Shown piece after piece: positions 10,294 to 21,375 of a stretch of 64,000 bases of DNA; within the stretch, counting starts at the first letter, position 1, and each line of letters opens with the position of its first letter. The notes under the pieces were generated by a model. That model worked only from the letters and a program-made list of their open reading frames with translations. It was not told the origin of the DNA and searched no databases. Both the position numbers and the translations under genes were made by a program. Source of the stretch: Prevotella sp. (GTDB taxonomy: Bacteria; Bacteroidota; Bacteroidia; Bacteroidales; Dysgonomonadaceae); NCBI GenBank assembly GCA_031285625.1, contig JAITVV010000071.1, positions 1 to 64,000 of the forward strand, given 5' to 3'.

Positions 10294-11250
10294 ATGGATA
10301 CAGGCATTCAACTAGCTCAAATTATACGTGACAAACACACAAAAAGCGCTAGTCTCAGAATCGAGGCAGAGGGCAATTGGCTACTGTATGCCGGCGATAC
10401 ATTAGACAATATAAATCTTACCCACCCCATTTTATCAGGAAACGGCAGTGGTCATTTTCCTTTAAATGTGAGTACATCTATACGAATATATTTCAGATTG
10501 GTTAGTGGAAACAATCAGCTCTTCCTCTCCGAGAGGCACTTGCCTATGGCCGGAGGATATAATTTTCGCGATTTGGGTGGCTTCAAGACCAAAGAGGGCA
10601 GATACACCAAATGGGGGAAATTGTTCCGTGCCGATGAACTATCTAACCTAAAGGATGAAGATGTAAAATATCTGGCAAGTATTCCTATTACATCTGTAAT
10701 AGATTTCAGGGCGATGGCCGAAGCACGCCGTTCTCCCGACCATCTGCCATCTACAGTTCAGTTTACCTACCCTATTTCTATTACTCCGGGCAATCTGAGC
10801 ACAGAAGGGGTACAAGCCAACTTACTCAAGACCAACATTGATGCCCACATGAAACATATGAATCGCCTGTTGGTGAGTGATCCTGCATGCGTGAGGGCAT
10901 TCCGCATATTCTTCGCCATTGTGCAAAACAATCTGAGCGCCCCATTAATATTTCATTGCTCCGCAGGAAAAGATCGCGCAGGCATGGCTGCCGCCTTAGT
11001 TTTATATTCGCTGGGAATTGACGAGGAAACTATTATGCAGGACTATTTATCTTCTAAAATATATCTAAGTGACAAATACGATACTTTTATAGCAAAATAC
11101 CCCAGAGCCGAATCTATATTCACTGTCAAACGCATGTTCTTACAGGCAGGGATAAATCAGATAAAAAGAGATCATGGCACTATCATGAATTTCCTCACCA
11201 AAACTTTAAAAGTTGACATTACCAGAATGAGAAGACTGTATCTGGAATAA
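10294..11250 (+). CDS. Tyrosine-protein phosphatase (Y_phosphatase3)
   Basis: NFRDLGG, IDFR, intact HCSAGKDRAG, DYLSS. Confidence 0.88.
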   Translation: MDTGIQLAQIIRDKHTKSASLRIEAEGNWLLYAGDTLDNINLTHPILSGNGSGHFPLNVSTSIRIYFRLVSGNNQLFLSERHLPMAGGYNFRDLGGFKTKEGRYTKWGKLFRADELSNLKDEDVKYLASIPITSVIDFRAMAEARRSPDHLPSTVQFTYPISITPGNLSTEGVQANLLKTNIDAHMKHMNRLLVSDPACVRAFRIFFAIVQNNLSAPLIFHCSAGKDRAGMAAALVLYSLGIDEETIMQDYLSSKIYLSDKYDTFIAKYPRAESIFTVKRMFLQAGINQIKRDHGTIMNFLTKTLKVDITRMRRLYLE

Positions 11251-11477
11251 ATGTACTTTTCACCCGCAAACACTCAAAAAACTTTAAAATAGAGAGCTTC
11301 CCATAAACAAAAGCAACACTTCATTGTTTAAGATATACACAGATTACATTATGCTGTATGCCATAAATATAATCTATATCAGTATCTAAACATTCAATTA
11401 TTATTGTTTGGATTCATGATTTTGTTTTATTAATTTTGTCTATATAAAAAGAAACTAAATAAATAAATTTTATAATT

Positions 11478-11882
11478 ATGAGTACAACAACATTAAAAGA
11501 CAAAAAAGCTGCAACAGTAAATACTGACATTGCAACATTCATTGGTAAGATTTTTTCATTCAACAGCAGTTTAAAACTTCACCATTGGCACATTACAGGG
11601 AAAGGTAGCTATTCTCAACATATAGCACTTGACCAGGCTATCGAGGATCTACTTGATGTAACAGACCGTTTAGTAGAAACTTCATACGCTGTAAAGGGAG
11701 ATTTGGAAATTGTTATTCCTGAAACAAAAAATCCATCGGATATTATTAAACATGCTGAAGACTTCTTCAACTATTCAGAAACTCAAAGAGAACTATTTGC
11801 AGAAGCATTTACTCAAGCTATCATCGATGACCTTCAGGAAGCTATCCAACAATTATTGTATCGTTTAAAAAGATTACAATAA
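11478..11882 (+). CDS. Ferritin/Dps-like four-helix protein (DUF5856-like)
   Basis: HHWHITG..YSQHIALD...DRLVE resembles Dps helix motifs. Confidence 0.65.
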   Translation: MSTTTLKDKKAATVNTDIATFIGKIFSFNSSLKLHHWHITGKGSYSQHIALDQAIEDLLDVTDRLVETSYAVKGDLEIVIPETKNPSDIIKHAEDFFNYSETQRELFAEAFTQAIIDDLQEAIQQLLYRLKRLQ

Positions 11883-11904
11883 GCTAGCTCTAACTAAAGA
11901 TTTC

Positions 11905-11936
11905 ATAAGCAGGAATGAAAATTCCTGCTTATTTTT
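11905..11936 (+). terminator. Intrinsic terminator
   Basis: ATAAGCAGGAAT-GAAA-ATTCCTGCTTAT followed by T-run. Confidence 0.8.
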
Positions 11937-12021
11937 ATTATACCTAATGAATAAATCCAGGAAAACATCACACTGAATAAAAATTTATATCTTTGTGCCC
12001 TTGTGAAACCATAAATAGAAA

Positions 12022-13692
12022 ATGAAAACAGATATCGAAATTGCTAGAAGCATTAAACTTCACAATATATCAGGAATAGCGAAAAAAATAGGTATTGCAG
12101 AGGAACATCTATACCACTACGGAAAATATATCGCTAAAGTACCAGCTTCACTTATCAACGAAGAAAATGTAAAAAAGAGTAATCTCATCCTTGTTACAGC
12201 CATTACTCCAACTAAGGCAGGCATAGGAAAAACAACAACATCTATCGGATTAGCTCTTGGACTAAATAAAATTTCGAAGAAAAAAACAATCGTCACATTA
12301 CGTGAACCATCATTAGGTCCTTGTTTCGGAATGAAAGGCGGAGCAGCCGGCGGAGGTCATGCACAAGTATTGCCTATGGAGAATATTAATCTCCACTTTA
12401 CAGGTGATTTTCATGCAATCACATCTGCCCATAATATGATCACTGCATTGTTAGATAACTATCTATATCACAACAGAGGAACTGCAAACTCGTTGAAAGA
12501 AGTAGTATGGAAAAGGGTACTCGATGTAAATGACCGTAGTCTCAGATACATTGTCACGGGACTTAACGGTACTGAAAACGGGATTCCTGCAGAATCAGGG
12601 TTCGAAATAACTCCGGCTTCGGAGATTATGGCAATACTTTGTTTATCAAAAGATATAGATGATCTGAAAAGACGTATAGGCAATATCATACTTGGTTACA
12701 ATAGCGATGGTAGTGCATTTATGGTTAATGACCTGGGGATATCGGGAGCTATTACCGTCTTACTGAAAGATGCTATAAATCCTAATCTGGTACAAACTAC
12801 CGAACATTCTGCCGCAATTATACATGGAGGGCCATTCGCCAATATTGCCCATGGATGTAATTCTATTATAGCTACTAAAACAGCCATGTCTTATGCAGAC
12901 TATGTTATCACAGAGGCAGGATTTGGCGCAGATCTTGGTGCCGAAAAATTCTTCAACATAAAATGCCGTAAAGCCGGAATCTCTCCTAAACTAACAGTAA
13001 TTGTTGTTACCACACAAGCATTAAAAATGCATGGCGGTGTACCAATAGAGAATATAAAAGATAAAAATATAAAGGGGCTTAAAAAAGGCTTTATCAACCT
13101 GGACAAACATATTGAAAATATGAAATCCTTCGGGCAGAATGTCGTTGTAACCCTTAATAAATATAATTTTGATTCTGACGAAGAAATTTCTCTCATTAAA
13201 GACCATTGCGACCAGCGACATGTTTCTTTTGCAGTAAATGAATCCTTTGCATATGGAGGTGACGGTGCAGAAGAATTAGCCAAAGAAGTAATAAAAGCAA
13301 TAGATGGAACTCCATCACAAGAACTTCATTTCACATACGAAGACAACGACCTTGTAGAAACGAAGATCAATAAAATTGCAAAAAAAATCTATGGCGCATC
13401 AGACGTAAAATTCGTAGGAAAAGCAGCAAAGAAATTAGCCTTGATTGATAATCTGGAAATAGGACATTATCCTGTTTGCATAGCAAAGACTCAATATTCT
13501 TTTTCAGATAATGCTCATGTATATGGTACCCCGAAAGATTTTACTATAACAATCAATGATATCATAATAAATAATGGTGCTGAATTTATTGTTGCCATTG
13601 CAGGCAATATAATGCGTATGCCGGGCCTACCTGCCGAACCTCAAGCTAAACATATTGATTTTGTGAATGGATTTGTAGAAGGATTAAGTTGA
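12022..13692 (+). CDS. fhs: Formate--tetrahydrofolate ligase
   Basis: [50 protein letters not shown]. Confidence 0.97.
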   Translation: MKTDIEIARSIKLHNISGIAKKIGIAEEHLYHYGKYIAKVPASLINEENVKKSNLILVTAITPTKAGIGKTTTSIGLALGLNKISKKKTIVTLREPSLGPCFGMKGGAAGGGHAQVLPMENINLHFTGDFHAITSAHNMITALLDNYLYHNRGTANSLKEVVWKRVLDVNDRSLRYIVTGLNGTENGIPAESGFEITPASEIMAILCLSKDIDDLKRRIGNIILGYNSDGSAFMVNDLGISGAITVLLKDAINPNLVQTTEHSAAIIHGGPFANIAHGCNSIIATKTAMSYADYVITEAGFGADLGAEKFFNIKCRKAGISPKLTVIVVTTQALKMHGGVPIENIKDKNIKGLKKGFINLDKHIENMKSFGQNVVVTLNKYNFDSDEEISLIKDHCDQRHVSFAVNESFAYGGDGAEELAKEVIKAIDGTPSQELHFTYEDNDLVETKINKIAKKIYGASDVKFVGKAAKKLALIDNLEIGHYPVCIAKTQYSFSDNAHVYGTPKDFTITINDIIINNGAEFIVAIAGNIMRMPGLPAEPQAKHIDFVNGFVEGLS

Positions 13693-13698
13693 TATATC

Positions 13699-14550
13699 AT
13701 GAAATATTTACGACCCCTTATATTTTTATTGTGCGTCATACCCTATATGACTCAGGCTCAAAATATAATCTATAGTAAATCAGATTCTGTCATTTACACC
13801 AATTATATAACTCAGTTTAATAATCAGAAAGACAACTCTGTCAGTGAGTTAATAATTAAGAGTGCAAAATTTTTCCTAGGTAGACCTTATGTGGCATCCA
13901 CACTTGAAGTAGCCGGAAATGAAACCCTTACTTTAAATCTCAGAGAGCTCGATTGTACTACATTCATTGAAAATTGCATTGTATTATCACGCGTAATTAA
14001 GTCCGGAGATCATTCTTTTGATAACTACTGTAAGACATTGCAAAATATGCGTTATAGAAATGGAGTTATTGATGGTTATACTTCACGCTTGCATTATACT
14101 AGTGATTGGATCTATGAAAATGAGAAGAGGAATATTCTTCAGAATATAAGTCTAGAAATTGGTGGAGAAATAGTATCTCACCCTTTAAATTTTATGTCAG
14201 GACACCCCACATCCTATAAGCACCTGAAAGACAACCCTTCTAATACAAACAAGATGAGAGACATTGAAACTGCAATAAATAAAAGAGATAACTATAGAAT
14301 TATTCCATTAGCATCTATTCAAAAAAATGAGAGAGGTATAAAAGATGGGGATATCATAGCTTTTGCAACAGGGCTATCAGGCTTGGATTACTCACATGTA
14401 GGGATTGCATATTGGCAGAACGGCCAGCTTCATTTTATACACGCATCAAGCAGGGCTAAAGAAGTTGTAATTGAGAAGAAGACACTTCTTGATTATAGCA
14501 AAGATTCCAAAAATTGCACAGGAATAAGTGTACTCCGTATAAATAATTAA
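13699..14550 (+). CDS. DUF1460 (AmiA-like) NlpC/P60-fold amidase, secreted
   Basis: Signal peptide; LDCTTF catalytic Cys, RLHY, SHVG, FIHASS. Confidence 0.85.
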   Translation: MKYLRPLIFLLCVIPYMTQAQNIIYSKSDSVIYTNYITQFNNQKDNSVSELIIKSAKFFLGRPYVASTLEVAGNETLTLNLRELDCTTFIENCIVLSRVIKSGDHSFDNYCKTLQNMRYRNGVIDGYTSRLHYTSDWIYENEKRNILQNISLEIGGEIVSHPLNFMSGHPTSYKHLKDNPSNTNKMRDIETAINKRDNYRIIPLASIQKNERGIKDGDIIAFATGLSGLDYSHVGIAYWQNGQLHFIHASSRAKEVVIEKKTLLDYSKDSKNCTGISVLRINN

Positions 14551-14554
14551 ACAT

Positions 14555-15451
14555 ATGACAGATAACAACAATAAAAGCTTATTGCATGGAATGAGCGGAT
14601 GGTCTCAATTATTCTTCTTCCTGTTTCTTTCAGTATCAGGATTCATGCTAGCTATTGTTGCTATACAACTCAGTGTAGACATCAGTCAATTAGAACAATC
14701 TCCCAGAATAATGAGGATGGCATTAATGATACAATCCGTATGTATCTTCTTAATACCGTCTCTCACCTTCGCATATTTATGTCAGGAGAATTCTAAATCG
14801 TATCTTCACACCGAACGCTATAAGAACGTTCCATTACTATTACTGTCTATCCTGCTCATTATTATCATACAACCTGCAATAGATTGCATTGGGTATTACA
14901 ATCAGCAACTCTCTTTACCTGAATCCATGGTTTCTATAGAGAACTGGATGAGAGATAGCGAGCTATCTGCAAAGAAAACAACAGACTTGCTATTTGGAGA
15001 CAAAACAATTACAGGACTTATATTCAATTTATTGGTCATAGCTGTGGTTGCAGGATTAGCTGAGGAATTATTTTTCAGAGGTTGCTTACAACAGATCATA
15101 CAAAAAATAGTTATAAATAAACATGCTACAGTATGGATCTCAGCAATTATATTCAGCGCAATACATTTCCAGTTTTTGGGATTTGTTCCCAGAGTCCTAC
15201 TTGGTGCTGTTCTAGGATATCTTTTTATATGGTCAGGCAATATATGGGTACCAGTTATTGTACACACTGTTAATAATGCAATAGGAGTGATATTTTCTTT
15301 CATATATTATGGAACACCCGAATACGAGGAAGTTGGAAGTTTCAATTTTGAACATAATTGGGGAGTTGCTATAGCAAGTATTATTTTATCGCTTTCACTT
15401 TTATTTTTCATCTACCAAAAAAGAAAACTATCAGCAGAAACAGGAGATTGA
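14555..15451 (+). CDS. CPBP (CAAX/Abi) intramembrane glutamic protease
   Basis: EELFFRG, FSAIH, HTVNN motifs; multiple TM segments. Confidence 0.9.
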   Translation: MTDNNNKSLLHGMSGWSQLFFFLFLSVSGFMLAIVAIQLSVDISQLEQSPRIMRMALMIQSVCIFLIPSLTFAYLCQENSKSYLHTERYKNVPLLLLSILLIIIIQPAIDCIGYYNQQLSLPESMVSIENWMRDSELSAKKTTDLLFGDKTITGLIFNLLVIAVVAGLAEELFFRGCLQQIIQKIVINKHATVWISAIIFSAIHFQFLGFVPRVLLGAVLGYLFIWSGNIWVPVIVHTVNNAIGVIFSFIYYGTPEYEEVGSFNFEHNWGVAIASIILSLSLLFFIYQKRKLSAETGD

Positions 15452-15503
15452 ACAAATATTAGGAACAAATAACTATCTTTGCACTCTCCATATATCGCAC
15501 GCT

Positions 15504-16913
15504 ATGAATGTAACTGAAGGAAAAGAAGGCTATGGATATTTGATTGACTGGATAATTCGCATTGGCGATTTACTCCTCATTAATTTATTTTTTCTACTTG
15601 GATTCTATATCTTTCGCGAATCGGTAATCATAGGTGGATTACAATCCAAAGAATTTATCACGGCTTTCCTTTTAATAAATTTATGTTACTTCTTTGTAGC
15701 ATCATTTATTCGCTTTCATATATCGTCAAATCTGGTATACCTAGATAATATTGTACAAAAGTCTTTTATATTCATAGCTTTTTATGCATTCTTACTGACA
15801 ACAGGATTCTCCATTTTCAATATATTATCAATATCTGTATTACCTTGGATATTAGGATATTTACTTCTAACTATCTTATTTATCACATGGCATGTCTTAT
15901 TCAGACTTGTATTAAAGGCATATCGCAGAAGAGGGTACAATTACAGACAGGTAATTATTGTTGGAGGTGGAATAAATGGGATTAAAATACATGAGTCTCT
16001 TTTAATAAGCGATTTTGGATATAAAGTAATGGGTTTTTTTGATGATGATCCCAATAAAAAGGATGTGCTACCCAATTATCTGGGAAAGGTATCGGAAGTA
16101 AAAAAATATACCCGTGAAAACAAGATTGATGAAATATTTTGTACACTTCCAGGTAGTGAAGATGATACTATTGTAGACCTTATTACCTATTCGGAGAAAA
16201 ATATGATAAGGTTTCATCTTGTTCCGGAATTCTATAAATTTATAAAACGTAGATTTTCCCTTACCTTCTTGGAGTCTACACCAATACTAAGTTTACGAAA
16301 CGAACCATTACAACACTTTTCAAACAGGCTGGTAAAAAGGACATTTGATTTAATTTTCTCTATAGTTATTCTTCTTACCGTTTTTCCTATTATCTACATA
16401 ATATTTGGAATAATAATAAAAGCAACTTCCCCCGGCCCGATTATTTTTAAACAAAAAAGAACCGGAAAAAACGGAGAAGAATTCGATTGCTATAAATTCA
16501 GGTCGATGCGTCCGAATAGGGAGGCCGATAATCTTCAGGCTACAGCAGGAGATCCAAGAATAACAAAAGTGGGAGCTTTTATGCGCAAAACCAGTATAGA
16601 TGAACTTCCCCAGTTTATGAATGTATTTAAAAACGACATGTCTGTGGTAGGACCACGTCCTCATATGCTGAAGCATACAGAACTCTACTCTTCCATTATT
16701 GACAAATTTATGGTTCGCCACCTTGTAAAACCAGGTATTACAGGTTGGGCACAAGTTACAGGATTCAGAGGTGAAACCAAAACCGTAGAGGAAATGGAAG
16801 GACGCGTAGTAAGAGACGTATGGTATCTTGAGAACTGGACTTTCTTCCTTGACCTTAAAATCATTTATCTAACAATAGTGAATGTCTTTAAGGGTGACCA
16901 AAACGCATTCTAG
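15504..16913 (+). CDS. Undecaprenyl-phosphate glucose phosphotransferase (WcaJ-like)
   Basis: N-terminal TM helices; KRTFD, YKFRSM, SIDELPQF, VGPRP, KPGITGWAQV. Confidence 0.9.
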   Translation: MNVTEGKEGYGYLIDWIIRIGDLLLINLFFLLGFYIFRESVIIGGLQSKEFITAFLLINLCYFFVASFIRFHISSNLVYLDNIVQKSFIFIAFYAFLLTTGFSIFNILSISVLPWILGYLLLTILFITWHVLFRLVLKAYRRRGYNYRQVIIVGGGINGIKIHESLLISDFGYKVMGFFDDDPNKKDVLPNYLGKVSEVKKYTRENKIDEIFCTLPGSEDDTIVDLITYSEKNMIRFHLVPEFYKFIKRRFSLTFLESTPILSLRNEPLQHFSNRLVKRTFDLIFSIVILLTVFPIIYIIFGIIIKATSPGPIIFKQKRTGKNGEEFDCYKFRSMRPNREADNLQATAGDPRITKVGAFMRKTSIDELPQFMNVFKNDMSVVGPRPHMLKHTELYSSIIDKFMVRHLVKPGITGWAQVTGFRGETKTVEEMEGRVVRDVWYLENWTFFLDLKIIYLTIVNVFKGDQNAF

Positions 16914-16914
16914 C

Positions 16915-17934
16915 TTATCTTATCCCTCTGGCATCTAAGGCCCTTGTATATTTAGCTCTATTCCTCAGATGATCTGCATAATTTGATGCAAAGTTGTGAT
17001 ATCCAGAAAAATCATCTTTTGCACACATATAAAAATAATCGTGCTTAGAATAATTTAATACAGAATCTATTCCTTTAATAGAAGGAATGCGAATAGGGCC
17101 GGGAGGCAATCCTGTACGTCTGTATGTATTATAAGGAGAATTTACTTCTGTATGTTTATTTAAAATACGACGCAGGCTGAAATCACCTACAGCAAATTTC
17201 ACTGTAGGATCTGCTTGCAACTCCTGTCCTACCCTCAGACGGTTTAGATACAATCCGGCAACTTTAGGGTATTCATCTGTAAACATACATTCTTCCTCAA
17301 CAATGGAGGCAAGGGTGGATACCTCAGCCGGAGTTAAATTAATCTCCTTAGCTTTTGCCAGACGTTCTGTATTCCAGAATTTTGTATATTCTTTATTCAT
17401 TCGCTCCAGAAAAGTGCTGAGACTCACATCCCAATAAAATTCATACGTATTCGGAATAAACATTGCAACAACGGTTTCTGTATTAAATCCTAATTTTTGA
17501 CATTGATCAGGATCATCTAAAGCATTTAGTAATATATCTTTACTAATCATTAATTGATCGGAAATTCGTTCTGCCAGATCTTCTTTTGTACGGATATTAT
17601 TAAACTTCAATTTCACAGGAGTCTGCTTCCCGCTACGTAGATTCTTTATCAGATCATAAATGTTCATTTCTGGAGTCACAGCATAACGCCCGCTCTTTAT
17701 ACTCTCCTTATAATCAAGAACGGATACTAACAATTCAAAATTTGATATATTTCCAACTTTAGCACTATCTATTACCTCACGCTTCAGAGTTTCATAATCT
17801 CTCTTTTCGTCTATATATAGATATACCGTTTTATCAATATTAAATCCCGTATTCATTACACTATAGCCATAAAAAGCACAAGCTCCGCCAATAACAATAA
17901 GGATTAGAATGGTATATAAAATTTTCTTTTTCAT
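16915..17934 (-). CDS. mltG: Endolytic transglycosylase MltG
   Basis: TM anchor; LASIVEEE, LQADPTV, SPYNTY..GLPPGPI. Confidence 0.93.
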   Translation of the reverse strand: MKKKILYTILILIVIGGACAFYGYSVMNTGFNIDKTVYLYIDEKRDYETLKREVIDSAKVGNISNFELLVSVLDYKESIKSGRYAVTPEMNIYDLIKNLRSGKQTPVKLKFNNIRTKEDLAERISDQLMISKDILLNALDDPDQCQKLGFNTETVVAMFIPNTYEFYWDVSLSTFLERMNKEYTKFWNTERLAKAKEINLTPAEVSTLASIVEEECMFTDEYPKVAGLYLNRLRVGQELQADPTVKFAVGDFSLRRILNKHTEVNSPYNTYRRTGLPPGPIRIPSIKGIDSVLNYSKHDYFYMCAKDDFSGYHNFASNYADHLRNRAKYTRALDARGIR

Positions 17935-17946
17935 ATTTTGTCTATG

Positions 17947-19167
17947 TTATTCTTTCAAAAGAAGCGAACTATCACCGTAACTAAGAAAACGATAGTTATT
18001 ATCTAATGCATGTTGATATATCTCTTTCCATTTACTATCTCCGACCAAAGCTGACACTAAAAGTAATAATGTACTCTGAGGTTGATGGAAATTAGTGATA
18101 ATACCATCTACAATCCTAAACTTATAACCCGGAGCGATGATTATCTGTGTATCGGCAACTAATGTAGTTAAATTATTTAAATGCAGATGATCCAATATAT
18201 TATTTAGCGATTCCTTTACTGATAAGCCAATAGAATCCTGATAAGGCATCCATTGAGAAACCCGAAGATGTGAAATCGTCTTATCTTTCAATATTACACC
18301 CAAATAATATAAACTTTCGAGTGTGCGTACCGATGTAGTTCCTACTGCTATTATTTTCCCTTGATGATTCAGCAACTGCTCAATAGTTTCTTTCTTTACA
18401 GAAATAAATTCGGAATGCATTACATGATCTTCGATAAGTTTAGACTTTACCGGACGAAAAGTACCCGCACCTACATGAAGTGTCAGTTCAGCCAACTTCA
18501 TACCTCTATTTTCTAATGACGCAAAAACTTCCGGAGTAAAATGTAACCCGGCGGTTGGGGCTGCAACTGATCCGTCAATCTTAGAATAAACAGTTTGGTA
18601 TGTCTGTTTATCCTGTTCTTCCGTATCTCTGTTCAGATAAGGAGGAATAGGGAGTTCGCCTACAGCCTCTAAAAGTTCAGAAAATGTAATATGTTTATTG
18701 TCCCACTCAAATTCAACTATATGAGAATCGCCATGAGACTGTATCCTTCGGGCTTTAAGTTCGATCCGGTCTCCTTCAATGATAATTTCTTTTACTAAAT
18801 CTCCCTCTTTCCATTTTTTAAGGTTACCAATAAGGCATACCCAAGAACATTTATCTGTTTGTTGAAAATTAAGTTGATAATCATTGGGAGTGTGTGGCTC
18901 AAGGCAAAATATTTCAATCTGGGCACCTGTAGCCTTCCGAAAGTGTAATCGGGCCTGAATAACTTTAGTATTATTAAATACCATTAAAGTATTCTCAGGT
19001 AAGAAATCACCCAAATTACTAAAAACAGTATCTGATATTTTTCCGCCCTTGTATACAAGAAGTTTTGAACAATCACGTTTTACTAAAGGATATTTAGCAA
19101 TACGATCGTCGGGAAGATTATAATTATAATCTTCGATACGTATTTTCCGAGGATCTGTTATTTCCAC
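17947..19167 (-). CDS. queA: S-adenosylmethionine:tRNA ribosyltransferase-isomerase
   Basis: NNTKVIQARL, PIPPY, GSVAAPTAGLHFT, VGTTSVRTLES, TNFHQP, FLSYGD. Confidence 0.96.
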   Translation of the reverse strand: MEITDPRKIRIEDYNYNLPDDRIAKYPLVKRDCSKLLVYKGGKISDTVFSNLGDFLPENTLMVFNNTKVIQARLHFRKATGAQIEIFCLEPHTPNDYQLNFQQTDKCSWVCLIGNLKKWKEGDLVKEIIIEGDRIELKARRIQSHGDSHIVEFEWDNKHITFSELLEAVGELPIPPYLNRDTEEQDKQTYQTVYSKIDGSVAAPTAGLHFTPEVFASLENRGMKLAELTLHVGAGTFRPVKSKLIEDHVMHSEFISVKKETIEQLLNHQGKIIAVGTTSVRTLESLYYLGVILKDKTISHLRVSQWMPYQDSIGLSVKESLNNILDHLHLNNLTTLVADTQIIIAPGYKFRIVDGIITNFHQPQSTLLLLVSALVGDSKWKEIYQHALDNNYRFLSYGDSSLLLKE

Positions 19168-19341
19168 TTTTACTTTTTTTATCCGACAAAAATAAGCAAC
19201 TTTGCGTGAATAAAAAAGCTAGTGGATAGCTTGAAAAGAATAATTAAGTAGCAGAAAGTATTTCGTGATACTTTCAAAGCCTGACATCCGGTGGCTATTA
19301 TACCTGGATGGATAATAAATAGGTCTGAGACCTTAAGATTT

Positions 19342-20385
19342 ATGAAGATTGGTGATAAAGTTCGCTTCCTTAATACTACCGGAGGAGGCATAGTAAGAGG
19401 GTTTCAAGGAAAAGATATTGTATTGGTAGAGGATGAAGAAGGTTTTGATATTCCTGTGCTTATTCGTGAAACCGTAATAATAGAATCTGCAAATGATATG
19501 CAGGTAAGACAATCGACAAAACCAACTGCACATATAGATACAACGCAAAAGCGAGTAATCAAGGAGGAAGAATATAAGCCGGAGGAAACCAAAGAGGGCG
19601 AATTACTTACAGTACTCCTCTCCTATCTCCCTGTTGATATCAAGAACCTCAGTACGACAAATTTTGAATGCTATCTGATAAACGATAGCAACTACTATTT
19701 GTCCTATAACTATATGAGCAGGACTGATGCCGGTTGGATCAGCCGTAATACAGGTATGATCGAGCCCAATACTAAACTCTTTCTTGAAGAGTTCGAAAAA
19801 ACAGATCTAAATGATATAGAGCATGTTTGTCTCCAATTCTTAGCCTACAAGAAGGGCAAAATATACTCTCTCAAAAACACATACTCAGTAGAAGTGCATA
19901 TTGATACGGTTAAGTTCTATAAACTGCATAGCTTCAAAGAAAATGACTACTTTGAGGACAATGCAATGCTTTATACCGTAGTCAAAAGAGACCTGGCAGA
20001 AAAAGAGCTAACTATTTCCCCTGAAGAGATAGAAACCGCAATGAAGCAAAAAGAGGACAACAGGCGTCCACGTATTCAGCCCATAGAGAAAAAAGGAAAG
20101 GATGCCATTCTTGAAATAGACTTACATATTGATGAATTATTAGATAATACAAGTGGACTATCATCCAGTGATATCTTAGATTATCAGTTGAATAAATTCA
20201 GAGAAGTAATGGATGAAAATAAACGAAACAAAGGACAGAAGATAGTCTTCATACATGGGAAAGGAGATGGCATCCTTAAGAATGCAATACTCAAGGAACT
20301 AAAAAACAATTATAAGTCAGTTTACTTTTAGGATGCTTCTTTCAGGGAATATGGATATGGAGCAACAATGATAACAATAAAATAA
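19342..20385 (+). pseudogene. DUF2027/Smr-domain protein interrupted by in-frame TAG at 20329-20331
   Basis: MKIGDKVRF start; Smr motifs IDLH and IHGKGDG; reading through the TAG gives DASFREYGYGATMITIK*, which supplies the terminal Smr 'GAT' strand. Confidence 0.75.
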
Positions 20386-20416
20386 TTCAAAAAACTACAC
20401 TAAATCACGAATCACA

Positions 20417-21001
20417 ATGAAAAAGAGAATTTTAGCACTATGTGTAATCATAGTTACACTGATTAGCTGCGACAGCGTTCAGAAAAGTCTGTCAAGCACA
20501 TACAATATGATCAACTGCGAATATAACTATAAATCAATTTCCAGTCTGACAATATCAGGAATAGATGTATCGAAAGGATTATCCGTTACATCGATACCCA
20601 AAATAACATCAATATTGTCAGGGACGGCCTCATCCATTCCTCTAAACTTCAATCTGAATCTGGATGTAAAAAATCCGAACCAGTCTGCAGCTATGCTCAA
20701 TGGATTGCAATATATTATTAGCATAGACGATATTCAGTTTACAACAGGATCTGTAAATCAGGCGCTAAATATAGGAGCCGGTCAGTCACAGATTCTCCCT
20801 CTATCTATCGGTGTTGATCTTGCAACACTTATGAAAAGCAATTCAAAAGATGCAGTTGTAGACATTGCAAAAAACTTCATCGGTATCGGGAATAAGAAAT
20901 CAAATGTATCAGTTCAGCTGAAACCTACGTTTATGGTAGGTAATGTACCAATTACTTCACCGGTATATATTCCTGTAAGCTTTAGCTTTGGAGGGAACTA
21001 A
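20417..21001 (+). CDS. LEA_2/WHy-domain lipoprotein
   Basis: Lipobox LISC; VKNPN motif; beta-rich. Confidence 0.7.
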   Translation: MKKRILALCVIIVTLISCDSVQKSLSSTYNMINCEYNYKSISSLTISGIDVSKGLSVTSIPKITSILSGTASSIPLNFNLNLDVKNPNQSAAMLNGLQYIISIDDIQFTTGSVNQALNIGAGQSQILPLSIGVDLATLMKSNSKDAVVDIAKNFIGIGNKKSNVSVQLKPTFMVGNVPITSPVYIPVSFSFGGN

Positions 21002-21042
21002 AACAAGCCTGTAAGCGTTTATGCTATATAACTTATAACATT

Positions 21043-21324
21043 ATGGAATATAATATTAAGCATAACAAGGCAGAAAGCCGGTTTGAAACAGAAGTAGAAG
21101 GTAAACTGAGCCTAGTAGATTACCGTGAGCGGGACAACGTTTATTTAGTCACTCACACAGAAGTTCCAAAGGAACTGGAAGGCAGAGGCATAGCAGCTGC
21201 CCTAACCAAGACTTTGTTAGATCATGTTCGCGAGAATGGATTGAAAGTTCGCCCGATATGCCCATATACAAAAGCATATATCTTACGACATCCGGAATAT
21301 AACGATATAGTAGCAGGAGCTTAA
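21043..21324 (+). CDS. YjdJ-like GNAT acetyltransferase
   Basis: HTEVPKELEGRGIA, PICPY. Confidence 0.88.
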   Translation: MEYNIKHNKAESRFETEVEGKLSLVDYRERDNVYLVTHTEVPKELEGRGIAAALTKTLLDHVRENGLKVRPICPYTKAYILRHPEYNDIVAGA

Positions 21325-21330
21325 AAGAAT

Positions 21331-21356
21331 AAAGGCAGGTTAATAACCTGCTTTTT
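21331..21356. terminator. Bidirectional terminator
   Basis: AAAGGCAGGTT-AAT-AACCTGCTTTTT between convergent genes. Confidence 0.7.
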
Positions 21357-21375
21357 GATTTATATTATGGCCTCT

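Noticed and set aside
20329-20331. Genome-wide TAG-to-Gln recoding
   Set aside because: TAG ends several full-length genes here (e.g. at 4356, 16913, 32409, 60106) and the other long genes have no internal TAG.
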